From NCBI GenBank assembly GCA_951406725.2, contig OX597818.1, positions 144,150,001 through 144,214,000 of the forward strand: DNA of 64,000 bases. Reading direction: 5' to 3'. The DNA comes from Octopus vulgaris (taxonomy: Eukaryota). Position 1 is the first letter of the stretch, and every line of letters starts with the position of its first letter. The notes under the pieces are model-generated. The model made no database searches. It was given only the letters and a program-made list of their open reading frames with translations, and was not told the origin of the DNA. Both the position numbers and the translations under genes were made by a program. Shown here piece by piece: positions 14,640 through 28,389 of this stretch.

Positions 14640-15650
14640 TCTTCTCCAAGTTTTCCAGCTATGCCAAGGTCACACAGTTTGTGGCTATCATACCATGATC
14701 CACCTTGTCAAAAGCTTTTGCAAAATCAAGGTAGATTACGTCCAAATTTGAGTTATTGAGTAACTGCCTCAACACCCAGTCATAATGTTGTAAGAGCTGG
14801 GTCAGGCAGCTCCTACCTGGTCGAAAACCATGCTGAGTATCACTCAGCAAGTTATTTTCTTCAAGGAATGCAATTAGTTTCCCTCTGACTATCTGTTCCA
14901 TGACTTTGCTGACATGTGAAGTCAGAGAGATAGGCCTATAGTTTTTGGCATCTGCTCTACTTCCCCCTTTATGTATTGGGCATATTATTCCCACCTTCAG
15001 CTTGCTTCGCAGTTTGCCATTTGTAAGAAAGCTCTGGAAGAGAATCGGGAGGGGTTTTGCCAGGGCATGCTTACACGATTTGAGGAGGATTGCTGGGAGA
15101 CCATCAAGACCAGCAGTTGAGTCTGTGTCCACTTCATCTATGGCTAGTAGTATATCTTCTTCGCTAATGTCAATGTATTCCATTGTAACTGCCTCGCTGG
15201 TTATAGGTGAGGCAGCAAAGAAGTCCACTGGTTCGTTCACTTGTCTGTGTTCCAGTGGGGTGGTAGAAACACTTTTGAACTGGTCATTCAGTATCTCACT
15301 GATCTTAGTTGGACTGTCTGTGAGGGAGCCATCTTTTTGGAGGAGGAGTCCTATCTTGTAGTGTACTGAGGCTGTTTCTTTCGCGTAATGAAACAAGGCC
15401 TTTGGGTTTGACTTAATGTTTTTTTATAACCCAGGCTTCTTTGTCTGCTTTCTCCCTCACATAGGATTGTTGCAGCCTTTTTTCAATCTCCATCAGTGTT
15501 GTTTTTAGGTGGGAGGTTTCGCTACTTTTGGGATGTTGATTGAGTCGATTTGCAACCTTCGTCCGTCATCTCATGAGTATCTTCCTCTCCCTTGGAATAC
15601 TGTTCCTATTTGTTTTGGCCTTGTACTCTGGGACATATTTCTGGCATTTG
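14640..15650 (-). mobile_element. Internal fragment of a CR1/L2-group LINE RT, same family as 18077-20645
   Basis: ORF 14659-15396 has KNYRPISLTS, QHGFRPGRSC and YLDFAKAFDKV; colinear with about 18465-19475. Confidence 0.92.
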
Positions 15651-15660
15651 TGTGTATATA

Positions 15661-15698
<38 letters not shown>

Positions 15699-15711
15699 CA
15701 CACACACAAAT

Positions 15712-15753
<42 letters not shown>

Positions 15754-16005
15754 AATTACATATATATATATATATATACACACATTATATATAAATGCAT
15801 TATATATATACATCATATATATCTATACATAATATACTTATATATACATTATATATATACTTATAAAATTATAAATGAGGGTGAAAAATCGATATTAATT
15901 TAATAATACCGTCAATTTAACACCAAGTGGCTTAGCACAAAAAACTACGGAGAAAATACATATATATCTATACATAATATACTTATATATATACATTATA
16001 TATAT

Positions 16006-16052
<47 letters not shown>

Positions 16053-16298
16053 TATATAAATATCTATATGTACATATATACACAATATACATATATACAT
16101 ACATATATATATATATGTATATATATATATGTATATATATATACAATGTATATACATATATATATATATACATATATAATGTATATACATACATATACCG
16201 GAGGAAACACATAAATGTGAAACAGGGTGGAAAAAAAGAGTACTCAAACACCAGAGGTAAATATGCTTTACTTAAAAGCACCAGAAATATAACAAAAG

Positions 16299-16336
16299 CT
16301 GTTACTCAGAGTTTCATGTTCCTGTTCGTCAGACAG
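16299..16336 (-). ncRNA. Minimal type I hammerhead ribozyme motif (Penelope-type, stem II decayed)
   Basis: Minus strand reads CTGT-CTGACGA-ACAGGAACAT-GAAA-CTCTGAG-TA-ACAG; stems I and III pair; stem II is restored by reversing two CpG-decay changes (ACG..CGT). Confidence 0.6.
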
Positions 16337-16386
16337 TTTTGTTATACATATACACATATATATACATATGTATACATATACATATA

Positions 16387-16462
<76 letters not shown>

Positions 16463-16517
16463 CATACATACATATATATACATATATATATATATATACA
16501 TACATACATATATATAC

Positions 16518-16548
<31 letters not shown>

Positions 16549-17011
16549 TATATACATATATATACATATATATATATACATATATATACATATACATATA
16601 TATACATATATATACATATATATACATATATATATGTATATATATGTATATATATGTATATATACATACATAAACATATATAAACACATATATACACATA
16701 AAAATAATATATATACATATACATATACATATATATACATATACACATATACATACATATATACATATATATATATACAGATATATATACATATATACAG
16801 ATATATATACATATATACAGATATATATACATATACACAGATATAAACATACATATACATTTTTTATACACAGATACATATACATATTTTATATACACAC
16901 ATACATATATATACATATGAGAGTATTGTAGTTCGCTTGTATTGTTTGTAAAGACTAAAAAGTTTTGAATGGTACAACAATGCACTATAATACAAACAAT
17001 GGTCCATATAC

Positions 17012-17083
17012 CTGTTGTAATTTAGTATCCATAGTGTGATCACATTTCTGAATAAAACTGCTTTTAGATGGAGTCGCTGCCAT
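17012..17083 (-). CDS. Candidate first coding exon of an unidentified gene ([24 protein letters not shown])
   Basis: CpG-rich patch, ATGGCAGCG start, CAG|GTATAT donor; no homolog recognised and no partner exon confirmed. Confidence 0.3.
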
Positions 17084-17401
17084 AATCAGCCCTCCAACGG
17101 CTTTTCCTGTTTTTTTCGGAAGCGCCTCAGCAGCAGTCTCGAGAAGCCCCCTCCAGAACTCTTCATATAAAATTAAGTACGCCAATGTGACTTTTCAAAA
17201 TTGGAATATATGTATAGGGTGCATAATTTACTCACACACACACACAATCGTCTCTATAATTAAACATTCAATGGTGAATGCATGATAGAGAACTCTTCAA
17301 ATCATAGAGGTGTTACAGCCTTTGCCATGCATAAATTAGTTAATTTTATATAATTCAGAGGTATTTACTAATGACCCCTAACACACACAATTTAAACATG
17401 T

Positions 17402-17636
17402 ATGTGCCGGTGGCACGTAAAAAGCACCATCCGATCGTGGCCGTTTGCCACCCTCGTCTAGCACGTAAAAAGCACCCACTACACTCACGGAGTGGTTGGC
17501 GTTAGGAAGGGCATCCAGCTATAGAAACACTGCCAGATCAGGCTGGGCCTGGCGCAGCCTCCTGGCTTCCCAGACCCCAGTTGAACCGTCCAACCCATGC
17601 TAGCATGGAAAGCAGGCGTTAAACGATGATAATGAG
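17402..17636 (+). mobile_element. RTE LINE 3'-end fragment
   Basis: Matches the 3' terminus of the RTE at 37950-38183, including the (GAT)n tail. Confidence 0.85.
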
Positions 17637-18076
17637 TATGACCTGCATGTCAATAGGTAGAATATAAAGAAATACATTAAATGCTGCTCTACTGAGGTAT
17701 AGCTTATGCACAGACAAAAGCAGCATTTTCACATCAAGTTTCCTATGACCACATACCTTCACACAATAATACATACATACACACACAATATATATATATA
17801 TTCATATATTATTATGAAGTAGGAAAATAGGGAGATTTAATGCATATTAATTAATTTACTAACTAATTAATATTGCTTACACTTCTTTCACTTCACACCC
17901 AGTATAAATTGCAAAACATAAGTTTGCATTTTGTAGATCCTGAGCGATCAGCGTAACTTCTAGAAAACTATTCCTATAATGAGTTTGAATAGCCAGATAG
18001 CGACTACTACATGCATATATATCTGCACACATACATATACACATATATATATACACATATATATATACACACATAC

Positions 18077-20640
18077 ATGATGACACACCATCAGCAGGCA
18101 CAGGTGGAGTCCCTGCTCCATCTCACAAATACCTCTTTCATGGAGCAAATAGTTCTGCAACCAACAAGGGCAGATAATATACTGGATCTCTGCTTTACAA
18201 ACAATATGGATATTATCCATAATGTTAATGTGATGCCGACAATGATCTCGGATCACAACATAATAGAGCTGTCTATGTATGGAACAAAAGCCCCCGCAGA
18301 CACACAGCCTATACGAAGCACCCACCATCTCTCCAACTTAAACTTTCATAAAGCCAACTGGAAGTCGATTGAGAAAGAGATCCTCAAACAGGATTGGCCT
18401 GAATGTCTCTCCACACCGGACATAAACATGAAACACAAACACTTCATGTCCATAATACAAGCCATATGTGACAAATATGTCCCAATGTGCAGGGCCAGCA
18501 CACACAAGAATAAAAACAGGATCCCTAGAGAAAGGAGGATTCTTATGAGACGACGGACAAGGATTGCAAACCGCCTGAGCAAGCACACCAAAAGTGGTGA
18601 GAAGTCTCGGCTCGAAAGAATGCTAATGGAAACTGAGAAAAGTCTACATCAGTCCCATGAAAAGGAGAGAGCAGATAAAGAAGCTTGGGTAATAGAAAAT
18701 ATAAAATCAAACCCTAAAGCTTTCTTTAAGTTTGCCAAAGAGACAGCCACAGTGCACCAGAGAATAGGACCTCTCTTCCAAAAAGATGGCTCTCTCACAG
18801 GAAATCCCACGAGGATAAGTGAAATACTGAACGAACAGTTCCAAAGTGTGTTCACTACACCTCTAGGACACAGGCAAGTAAACAACCCAGAAGAATTCTT
18901 TGCCACTTTACCAGCGGCCAAAGAGACAAAAATTGAGTACATCAACATCGAAGAAGATGATATCACACTAGCCATTGATGAGATTGACACAAACTCAGCT
19001 GCTGGACCTGATGGATTCCCAGCGATCCTTCTCAAATCGTGCAAACGAGCCCTTGCAAAACCGCTACAGCTTCTTTTTCAGAGCTTTCTTGCAAGTGGTA
19101 AGCTCCCAGTCAAACTGAAAGAGGGGGTAATATGCCCTATCCATAAGGGAGGTAGCAGAGCAGATGCTAAAAATTATAGGCCTATCTCTCTGACCTCACA
19201 CATCAGCAAAGTCATGGAACGAATAGTCCGTAAGAAACTAATCATGTTCCTTGAAGAAAATGACTTACTGTCTGACACCCAGCATGGATTTCGACCAGGT
19301 AGAGGCTGCCTAACACAGCTCCTGCAACACTATGACTGGGTGTTGAAACAGCTACTAAATGGCTCAAATGTGGATGTAATATATCTTGACTTTGCAAAAG
19401 CCTTTGATAAAGTCGACCATGGTATGATCTGTCACAAACTGCGTGGTCTCGGCATAGGCGGGAAACTTGGAGAGTGGCTGCACAACTTCCTAAAAGACAG
19501 AAAACAGGCAGTTGTGAGCAATGGAGCCACCTCCAGGGAAACGCAAATAACAAGCGGTGTCCCACAGGGCACTGTCTTGGGGCCACTGATGTTCATAGTG
19601 GCCCTTTCAGACATGCCTTCAGTTGCTACGATGACCACCCTTGCTAGCTATGCAGATGACACAAAAGTCTCCCACGCAATACAAAACCCTGAAAATATTG
19701 CGCATCTGCAACATGAGCTGGACACAATATACAGGTGGGCTGAGGACAACAACATGCAGTTTAATGCAGGTAAGTTCCAGGCCCTGCGCTACTGGCACAC
19801 AAAGGTAAATGACGTGAAGACTGGATACACTGGCCCAGGAAGAATTGCAATCCCTGAGTCAAAATCAGTGCGTGACCTGGGCATTGACATGAGCAATGAT
19901 GCATCTTTCCAAATGCATATTGCTAATCTGGTGATAAAATGCAGACGGCTAGCTGGATGGATTCTCCGAACTTTCAGAACAAGAGAGAAGGAGACACTGA
20001 TGGTCCTATGGAAAACATTTGTCCTCAGCCGCTTGGACTACTGCTCCCAACTTTGGTCACCACACAATATAAAACAAACAGCAGAACTCGAAGCAACTCA
20101 GAGAAGCTACACAAAGAAAATCGTCTCAATGCAAAATGTCAGCTACTGGGAAAGACTGAAGGTATTAAACCTCTTCTCCCTGGAGCGGAGGCGGGAGAGA
20201 TATGCAGTGATATACATCTGGAAAATCCTGGAGGGTCTTGTCCCAAACTTTGGCATTCAAAGTTACTCCAACCGCAGAACGGGGCGCCGCTGCGTGGTGC
20301 CAAGGATTCCAACATCACCATCAAAATACAGGTCCAGATACTGCAACAGCTTGGGTTTCAGAGGACCACAGCTCTTTAACATCCTCCCTAAATGCCTGAG
20401 AGACTTACATGGTGTGGATGTGGGTTTCTTTAAAACTAAACTGGATCTCTTCTTGTTGGGAGTCCCAGATGAACCTACCTCACGACAGGAGACACGGATG
20501 CGGGCAGCAGCATCGAACTCCCTTGTTGATCAAGTGCCACGTATCAGAGGTGGATTCACAAACTAGTGTAGCTCATTCAGCGGTGGTGCCCCAGCATGGC
20601 CGCGGCCTTCGGGCTAAAACATTTTTAAGGATTTAAGGAT

Positions 20641-20645
<5 letters not shown>
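18077..20645 (+). mobile_element. Young 5'-truncated CR1/L2-group LINE with uninterrupted APE(C-terminal)-RT ORF
   Basis: ORF to 20566 with APE motifs PTR..ILDL and SDH, RT motifs SGVPQGTVLGP and YADDTK; 3' tail of (AAGGATTT)n; flanked by TA/CA microsatellites. Confidence 0.95.
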
Positions 20646-20671
<26 letters not shown>

Positions 20672-20807
20672 TATATCTATATATATATGTATAAACATAC
20701 CTGGAAGAGGATGCATGGCATTCAATCGTATAATAATATAAATTATGTATGTGTATATAAATATATATATACATATATACATATGTATATGTACATACTT
20801 ACATCTA

Positions 20808-20839
<32 letters not shown>

Positions 20840-20876
20840 CATATATACATATGTATATGTACATACTTACATCTAC

Positions 20877-20929
<53 letters not shown>

Positions 20930-20959
20930 CATATGTATATGTACATACTTACATCTATA

Positions 20960-21385
20960 TCATCATCATCGTTTAACGTCCGCCTTCCATGCTAGCATGG
21001 GTTGGACGGTTCAACTGGAGTCTGGGGAGCCCGAAGGCTGCACCAGGCCAGTCAGATCTGGCAGTGTTTCTACAGCTGGATGCCCTTCCTAACACCAACC
21101 ACTCCGAGAGTGTAGTGGGTGATTTTATGTGCCACCGACACAGGTGCCAGATGAGGCTGGCGAACGGCCACGCTCGGATGGTGTTTTTTATGTGCCACCG
21201 ACACAGGTGCCAGGCGAGGCTGGCAAACGGCCACGATCAGATGGTGTTTGTTACGTGCCCACAGCACGGAGGCCAGTTGATGCGGTACTGGCTATGGCCA
21301 CGTTCAGATGGTTTTCTTAGGTGCCACCGGCACTGGTACCACAAAGATACAAATTCCATTGATGTTCATCTATTTTGATTTGGTT
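20960..21385 (-). mobile_element. RTE LINE 3'-UTR fragment with tandem ~55-60-bp units
   Basis: Reverse complement of the 37660-38183 region; (CAT)n tail on the + strand. Confidence 0.85.
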
Positions 21386-21423
21386 TGATTATATATACAT
21401 ATGTATATGTACATACTTACATC

Positions 21424-21470
<47 letters not shown>

Positions 21471-21499
21471 GTATACGTACATACTTACATCTATATGTG

Positions 21500-21692
21500 T
21501 TTGTCTGGCACCTGTGCAGGTGGCACGTAAAAAGCACCCACTACATTCACGGAGTGGTTGGCGTTAGGAAGGGCATCCAGCCGTAGAAACACTGCCAAAT
21601 CTGACTGGGCCTGATGAAGCCTCCCGGCTTCACAGACCCCAATTAAACCGTCCAACCCATGCTAGCATGGAAAACGGACGCTAAATGATGTA
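21500..21692 (+). mobile_element. RTE LINE 3'-end fragment
   Basis: Same terminus, inverted relative to 20960-21385. Confidence 0.85.
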
Positions 21693-22244
21693 TTGATATG
21701 TATATGTACATACTTACATCTATATGTGTGTGTATATATATATATATCTATATATATATATATATATATACATATGTATATGTACATACTTACGTGTATA
21801 TATATATATACATATGTATATGTATATACTTACATCTATATGTGTGTATATATATATATATATATACACAGGTTTATAGCTTTATGTTTATAGAGTGTAT
21901 GTGCGTGCATACACACACACATACATATATACATACATACATACATGCATACACAGGCGTATGTACGTACATGCATACGTACATACATACACACATGTAT
22001 GCATACATACACACATACATACGTACATATATATGACGAACTAACTGTTACTTTCTCAGATGCAGCACGGATTTTTGTCAGTGAACAGGTCGCGGATTTT
22101 AGCGCCGAAAATATTTTGACAAGTTAAACTTAAATGTTGAAGTGAATCGAACGGCTTTTGTGTGTTTCTTAAATGGCTTATAAACACCTTCCACGCTGCA
22201 ATTGTTATATATATATATATGCATCCATACATATGGCATAGTGG

Positions 22245-22293
<49 letters not shown>

Positions 22294-22297
22294 TCCA

Positions 22298-22380
22298 TAC
22301 ATATGGCATAGTGGTCAACAGCGCGGGCTACCAACCCCAAGATTCCAAGTTCAATTCCAAGCAGAGACATGAACACTAAC
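22298..22380 (+). mobile_element. tRNA-like head of the same family as in the Penelope terminal repeats at 61.6 and 62.5 kb
   Basis: CATATGGCATAGTGG..GCGCGGGCTACCAACCCCAAGATTCCAAGTTCAATTCC; A and B boxes. Confidence 0.65.
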
Positions 22381-22389
22381 ATAAAGTGC

Positions 22390-22727
22390 CCCGCCCAATT
22401 CAAGATCACAGCATACATGTACACTGCAACATAATTTCTTTTCCTCAACAGGCCCTGCCCTATTTAACATTGTCCCAAAAGAGATCAAAGAGGAAAAGGA
22501 TCCCATCAACTTTAAAAGTCTGGATAGATTCCTTCAAGGAATACCAGATAAGCCACCCATAATTGGATACAACTCACCCAACAAAAACTCACTACTTGAA
22601 TGGACCATAAACAAAACTTGACTTAAACAGGATTCAAATAATCCTATCAGGTGGTGCTATTAAGTTAGACATGGCCTGGACCAATCATTGGTCGGAACAT
22701 ATCTAAGTTTATCCAAGTTTAAGTTTT
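22390..22727 (+). mobile_element. 3' end of another CR1-group LINE
   Basis: GPALFNIVPKEIK..LDRFLQGIPDKP peptide and short tandem tail (AAGTTT). Confidence 0.7.
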
Positions 22728-22737
22728 ATATATGCAT

Positions 22738-22789
<52 letters not shown>

Positions 22790-22886
22790 GTATGGATTCA
22801 TATATATATATATATATATATATGAATCCATACATACATATATATGAATCCATACATACATATGAATCCATACATACATATGAATC

Positions 22887-22937
<51 letters not shown>

Positions 22938-23575
22938 GTATATATATATAATATATATATACATATATATATATGTATTTCCTGAAGCATGGTCTCATAT
23001 ATTAAGTATATAAAATCTTTTTTTAATCCCAAAACAGTGCAAGCTGAAAAATTTTAAATACATGCCAATACCTGATATTTCAATATTTCAAGGTTATGAC
23101 CCCTTCTCAAGAAATCTACAGATTCTGCCTATAGTTTGTGTCTATATACACAATGCAGAGCAGAGAAACCAGCTACTAACTTCTTTTCTCTGTAGATTTG
23201 TGAAATACTGAAATACTGTTAAAAAGTAGTCACCATTGATGAGTATTTGTAATTTCTTTTAACTTTCATTGTGTGGCTTTGCAAAATGTATTCAAGACAT
23301 TGGTGTGTGTGTGTGTGTGTGTGTGTGTGTACACATACAGACAGGATATATACACCAACAAATATAAATGCATAGACTCAGGTTTTCATACACAAACTTC
23401 ACATTCATATGTATCGTGCTCAAACAAACATTTCTTTTCGGATTCCATAGTAACATGCTCAAAATGTATCTATCACCTAAACACTTTGATTGATATATTA
23501 TATCCATATGTTTTATATACTTATTCATATAGTTGCTCTAGCATTCAAGCTAAATGACTTCATTCATAGAGATAT

Positions 23576-23605
23576 ATAGGTAGATAGATAGAGAGAGAGA
23601 AAGAT

Positions 23606-23674
<69 letters not shown>

Positions 23675-23679
23675 CAGAC

Positions 23680-23729
<50 letters not shown>
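23576..23729. repeat. (GATA)n microsatellite
   Basis: Direct reading. Confidence 0.95.
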
Positions 23730-23730
<1 letters not shown>

Positions 23731-24065
23731 GTCAAACTGACACCACATAGGGTGATACTGGTCTGCACTGGCAAGACGTATGTTATATAGGAAGATCGAT
23801 AAAAGAGGTACAATGAACTTGCTTTAAGGAGTGGAAAATCCAATGTTTAAAACATTGCCCTTCTTCAGAGAAAATTTGAAAGGAGAAAAATAAAAGAAAA
23901 TCCCTGAAGTTAAAATAAAATTGGCTGCAACTGATAAGGAACACAGGACCACATGAGCTTGATATGCAAATAAGTGATGGAAGAGACAATATAAGAAGAA
24001 AAAAGGAAAGAGAGGGGAAGCAGACAGTCAAAAGTGAGGTGAAGGAAATGAAGGAAAAGAAAGGA

Positions 24066-24288
24066 TTTAACCCTGAAGCATTTAAAGCAGCCAAATCTGG
24101 CAAAAATAATCTGTTTTATCTTCAAACTGGCCAGATCCAGCCTCTCACACTTACTTTACTTTATTCTAAAAATAAACAATCACATCATTGAAATCTAAAA
24201 GCTGCAAAGGAATGCACAACAAATTCAAACCAATGTGAATAAATAAGCATTACATGTGACAGAGAAATCTGGATGCAAAAAGAGAATA
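24066..24288. mobile_element. Decayed piggyBac-like MITE
   Basis: TTAACCCT.. start; colinear with 49688-49906. Confidence 0.6.
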
Positions 24289-24479
24289 AACTGAAAACAG
24301 ATGTAAGATTCGAAAGAGAAAAAAAATGTTTATTTAGACCCGTTAGTGACATAGTGCAAAGTTAGAATATGAAATGTTGCTCCCTTTGTTTCCTCAACAA
24401 TGTGGATCCATGGTGTGTGGTGATACTGCAGAATGAAAAGTGAGTGATGGAATGGCCTGTAGTGCTGAAGTGGGGAGTA

Positions 24480-24800
24480 AGAAGTTGGCCTGATATGCAT
24501 AACAATATGCTGCTTCGATTATGCTACTGATAGTGATCAGCAAGACATCTACCCATTTTCAATGTAAAGGGAACTGCAGAGTTTGCATATGATGAAATAG
24601 ATAAGGTTAGATGATGTGCAACAGAAGTTCTGAGTAATAATACAATAAAGCATCTTAGTAATACGACAATGCCCACTGATGGTAGCAGTATTGTTAATGC
24701 AGTTGTCAGCGCACACATTTAAAAGTGCTTGATTGCTTAGGGTAGATGCTGTAGAGCTCCTCACTAGGAGATTTCTAAGGTTTTTATCTTTTTTTTGAGG
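24480..24800 (-). mobile_element. Penelope-like element GIY-YIG endonuclease fragment
   Basis: NLRNLLVRSS...FCCTSSNLIYFIICKLCSSLYI. Confidence 0.75.
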
Positions 24801-25075
24801 GCAAGGAGAAGTGTGTTCCTTACCAGGTGTAGCCAGTTTTCTTTTAACTCTACTCTCTCTCATTTAGTTCTCTCCTTTCAAATTTTCTCTGAGGACAAGT
24901 TCACTGTACTTTTCTTATCAATTTTAATACACACACACATATATATATATATATATGTGCACATGCATATTCACATGTGGTAGAATACCCCATTATACAA
25001 TATACATTGTATGATTCCTGCCTAATTAAATAATAATTGTCACACACACACACTCATATATATATTTATATATAT

Positions 25076-25166
<91 letters not shown>

Positions 25167-25614
25167 AGAGAGAGAGGCACAGGCTGATAGACACACAGAA
25201 AATGCAAGAGACGAAAAAGAACATAAAAAAATTATAAAATATCTGAAATTTTTTTATATAATATATATCAAATATTTTCTTTAAAAAAAAAAGTGATCAA
25301 ATGTTTAAAGGCAAAAGGGAAAAAAAATTAAAAGAAAAATTATAAAGGGTTTCTTCAAAAAATGTCTTAATTTCATAAAAATTATAAAACACACAAAAGC
25401 AACAAATCACAACTTGGCTAATATTAATTGAATAAATTGATGAAATATAAACACTTTGTTTTTCAAATAATATAAGAACCCTATATAAATAAGAATATTT
25501 CAGCACAAAATTTTGTTAAGTAGTATAATGACTCTTCAAAGTATATAATTGCATCATCTAACTTTGATTATGCCCAATAGTTCAAATATATAAAGTATAC
25601 CAATAATAAAGGCT

Positions 25615-25770
25615 TCTGACTTAGGCACAAGACCAGCAATTTTGAGAGCAGGGGTAAAGTTGTTTGATATGATTGACCTCAGCACTGGACCAGTACTTTA
25701 TTTTATCAATCCTGAAAGTATGAAAGGCAAGTTGACCTTGGCAAGACTTGAACTCAATACTGATAATAGG
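25615..25770 (-). mobile_element. SINE fragment with Meta-like central domain
   Basis: Minus strand GCCTTTCATACTTTCAGGATTGATAAAATAAAGTAC; same family as 60610-60720 and 61316-62870. Confidence 0.55.
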
Positions 25771-26553
25771 AAAAATACCCATTATATTTACAGACCTCAC
25801 CCCCAAAGGTGTGAGGTTAATGTGACTGATACTACCCAGCTTGAACAAACGCTAGTCTAGGTCTATTGGAAAAACATAAGTAGATTGGGAACCGGAGGTT
25901 GATAGCGAAGATCTCACATAGAGACAATACAGTTACTCTACATTTGTAAATAATACTTTCAATAGTGAAACTAAAACAACCTACCTGACATGAAATGAGA
26001 CCCTAAGAACGAAAGTACTTCCAATTTACATTTCTATTACAAATATACACCAATTGATAATATATATCTGGGTTGTGTATTCACATATGCAAATAAAATA
26101 TATGTATATACTAATATTTATACACTTACAAATGCATATAACATGCATTATATTCATACATGTTCGCTGTATAGGCATGTGCATGTATGTATTATAAACA
26201 CACATACTAAAGGCAACTTCTGGATTTTCAGTTAGTGTGTAACTAATGTTCCTACAGGGAACATTTCCATTACTACACATTCCAGTAGCCACATTAACAA
26301 GAGTGCTGCCTTGATTCCCAGATCCCTTCTTTTTTAATATATATATATATGATACAATGCAATATGGAACCATCTCAGTTATAAAATTCATAGATTCAAT
26401 ATAAAGATCAAGATTCTTTTGATATCATACAAACAATGCCCATTTTTAACAGATGTGAGGATATAGTATAATTTGAACCCTCACAACAAAACTGGGTACT
26501 TACAATTATCTGCACCATCTCTGCCCTCGCTTGTACAATGCTTTCTGGCCATC

Positions 26554-26595
<42 letters not shown>

Positions 26596-26607
26596 CACAC
26601 ACACACA

Positions 26608-26659
<52 letters not shown>

Positions 26660-26675
26660 CATACACACACACACA

Positions 26676-26719
<44 letters not shown>

Positions 26720-26737
26720 CATACACACACACACATG

Positions 26738-26773
<36 letters not shown>

Positions 26774-26847
26774 CATACACACACACACATGCACATATAT
26801 ATATATATATATATACACACATACACACACACAAATATATAAACTTG

Positions 26848-26882
<35 letters not shown>

Positions 26883-28318
26883 TCGCAAACATATGAATTA
26901 CTACAATTTTCAACTTAGATATTGGCAATACTAATCAGAAACAAAAGCAGTCCCATCAGTAGCCTATTTCTTGTTTCTATTTCAAACTGGCTGACAATTT
27001 ACATGCATACACACATAAATATGTTTGCATGTACACACACAGTCTCATACAAGTGCTTAAAACCAGACCCTGGACAAGAGATGCATTACTTTCAAAACCA
27101 GATTCCAACCCAATCAAAATAAGAGCTCCAGTGAATCTGGTACTCATTTCCAATAGACATGTAAACTGAGTAATATAAGATACAACTGTCTTGTCTTGAC
27201 AATGCCTGGGATGACTGTTAACTCACTCATGAATTGGGAGCTTAATGTTATCTACTGAGCCAATGTATGTCTGCATATATACACATACTACACACATATA
27301 CTGAACTGTGATATATAAGTTTTCAATTATATACTTGTTATCTTGAGATAAATAATATTAACTGTATCCTGTAATAGCAGAATTAATGAAATAGATAATT
27401 GTTTTCAAATTTAAAAGGATACTAAAAATAAAGAGGAATTACCAATTGAAAAGAAATAAATATTTGTAAAAACTGAATAAAGGAAGATATAAAATGTAGG
27501 GAAAAAATGAAAATACTGAAACAAAAATATATAAGCAAGAATTGAACTTGTATATGTGTGTGTTTGTGTAGGTTGTGAATGTTTTGTGTGAGTGAGGAGC
27601 AATTTACTGTTGTGCAATGCCACTTAGCTGTATTCAAGTAATTTTATAAAATGAAAGTAACTGATCAAAAAAAAAAAAAACTTCAATCAGGAATGTTGCA
27701 ACTAACTTATAGCAGACAGGGTTTAAAATTTAGGACTTAAAACAAAAAAATACAAGTAGTTATTTTAATACTAAAACAGAGAATACTGAAAGATCTCGTC
27801 AAGTGAGCAGACTTTTCATCAAGCGTCTCTGCCTTGAACAGTCAATAGCATTGTTTTGTTTTGTTTTCAAATATAATGTATATAGAATTGTGATTTGATA
27901 ATGATTTGGCAGCTATGTGAAACCAGTTGTCCAAGTGCATAAAAGCCCTGTCATTGGCTCATGTATTTTAGGAGTTCCCCAAATAGGTACAATGATTTCA
28001 TACAAGCTTTATTGAGGGAAAGGTGTACATTGGCTTCTTCAGGAAATAGGGAAGTATTCATTAGCCTTTTAGAGACTCTTAGACTCTTCGGAGGACAAAA
28101 GGAAGTTATCCTCAGACTGAAAATCTCCAACTGGATGCCAATGAAGGCAAACAAGTATTATGTTCTTGCCCTAAATGAGTTTATGTTGAATTTATACACG
28201 CCAATTGTGTATCTAATTTTTAAAATTATACGAATGGTGTGTGTATGCATGAGTTTGTATATATAGTCTTGTGTACAAGATTCTATGTAGATCTCAGCAC
28301 TGCATTGTGTAAGTACCA

Positions 28319-28389
<71 letters not shown>

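Noticed and set aside
15650-16920. Long YI/IY-rich ORFs here and at 20.7, 22.8, 26.6, 28.4, 34.0 and 40-41 kb
   Set aside because: Artefacts of stop-free (TA)n/(CA)n microsatellites.
18011-18076. N-terminal part of the 851-aa ORF
   Set aside because: In-frame microsatellite upstream of the LINE truncation point, not element sequence.
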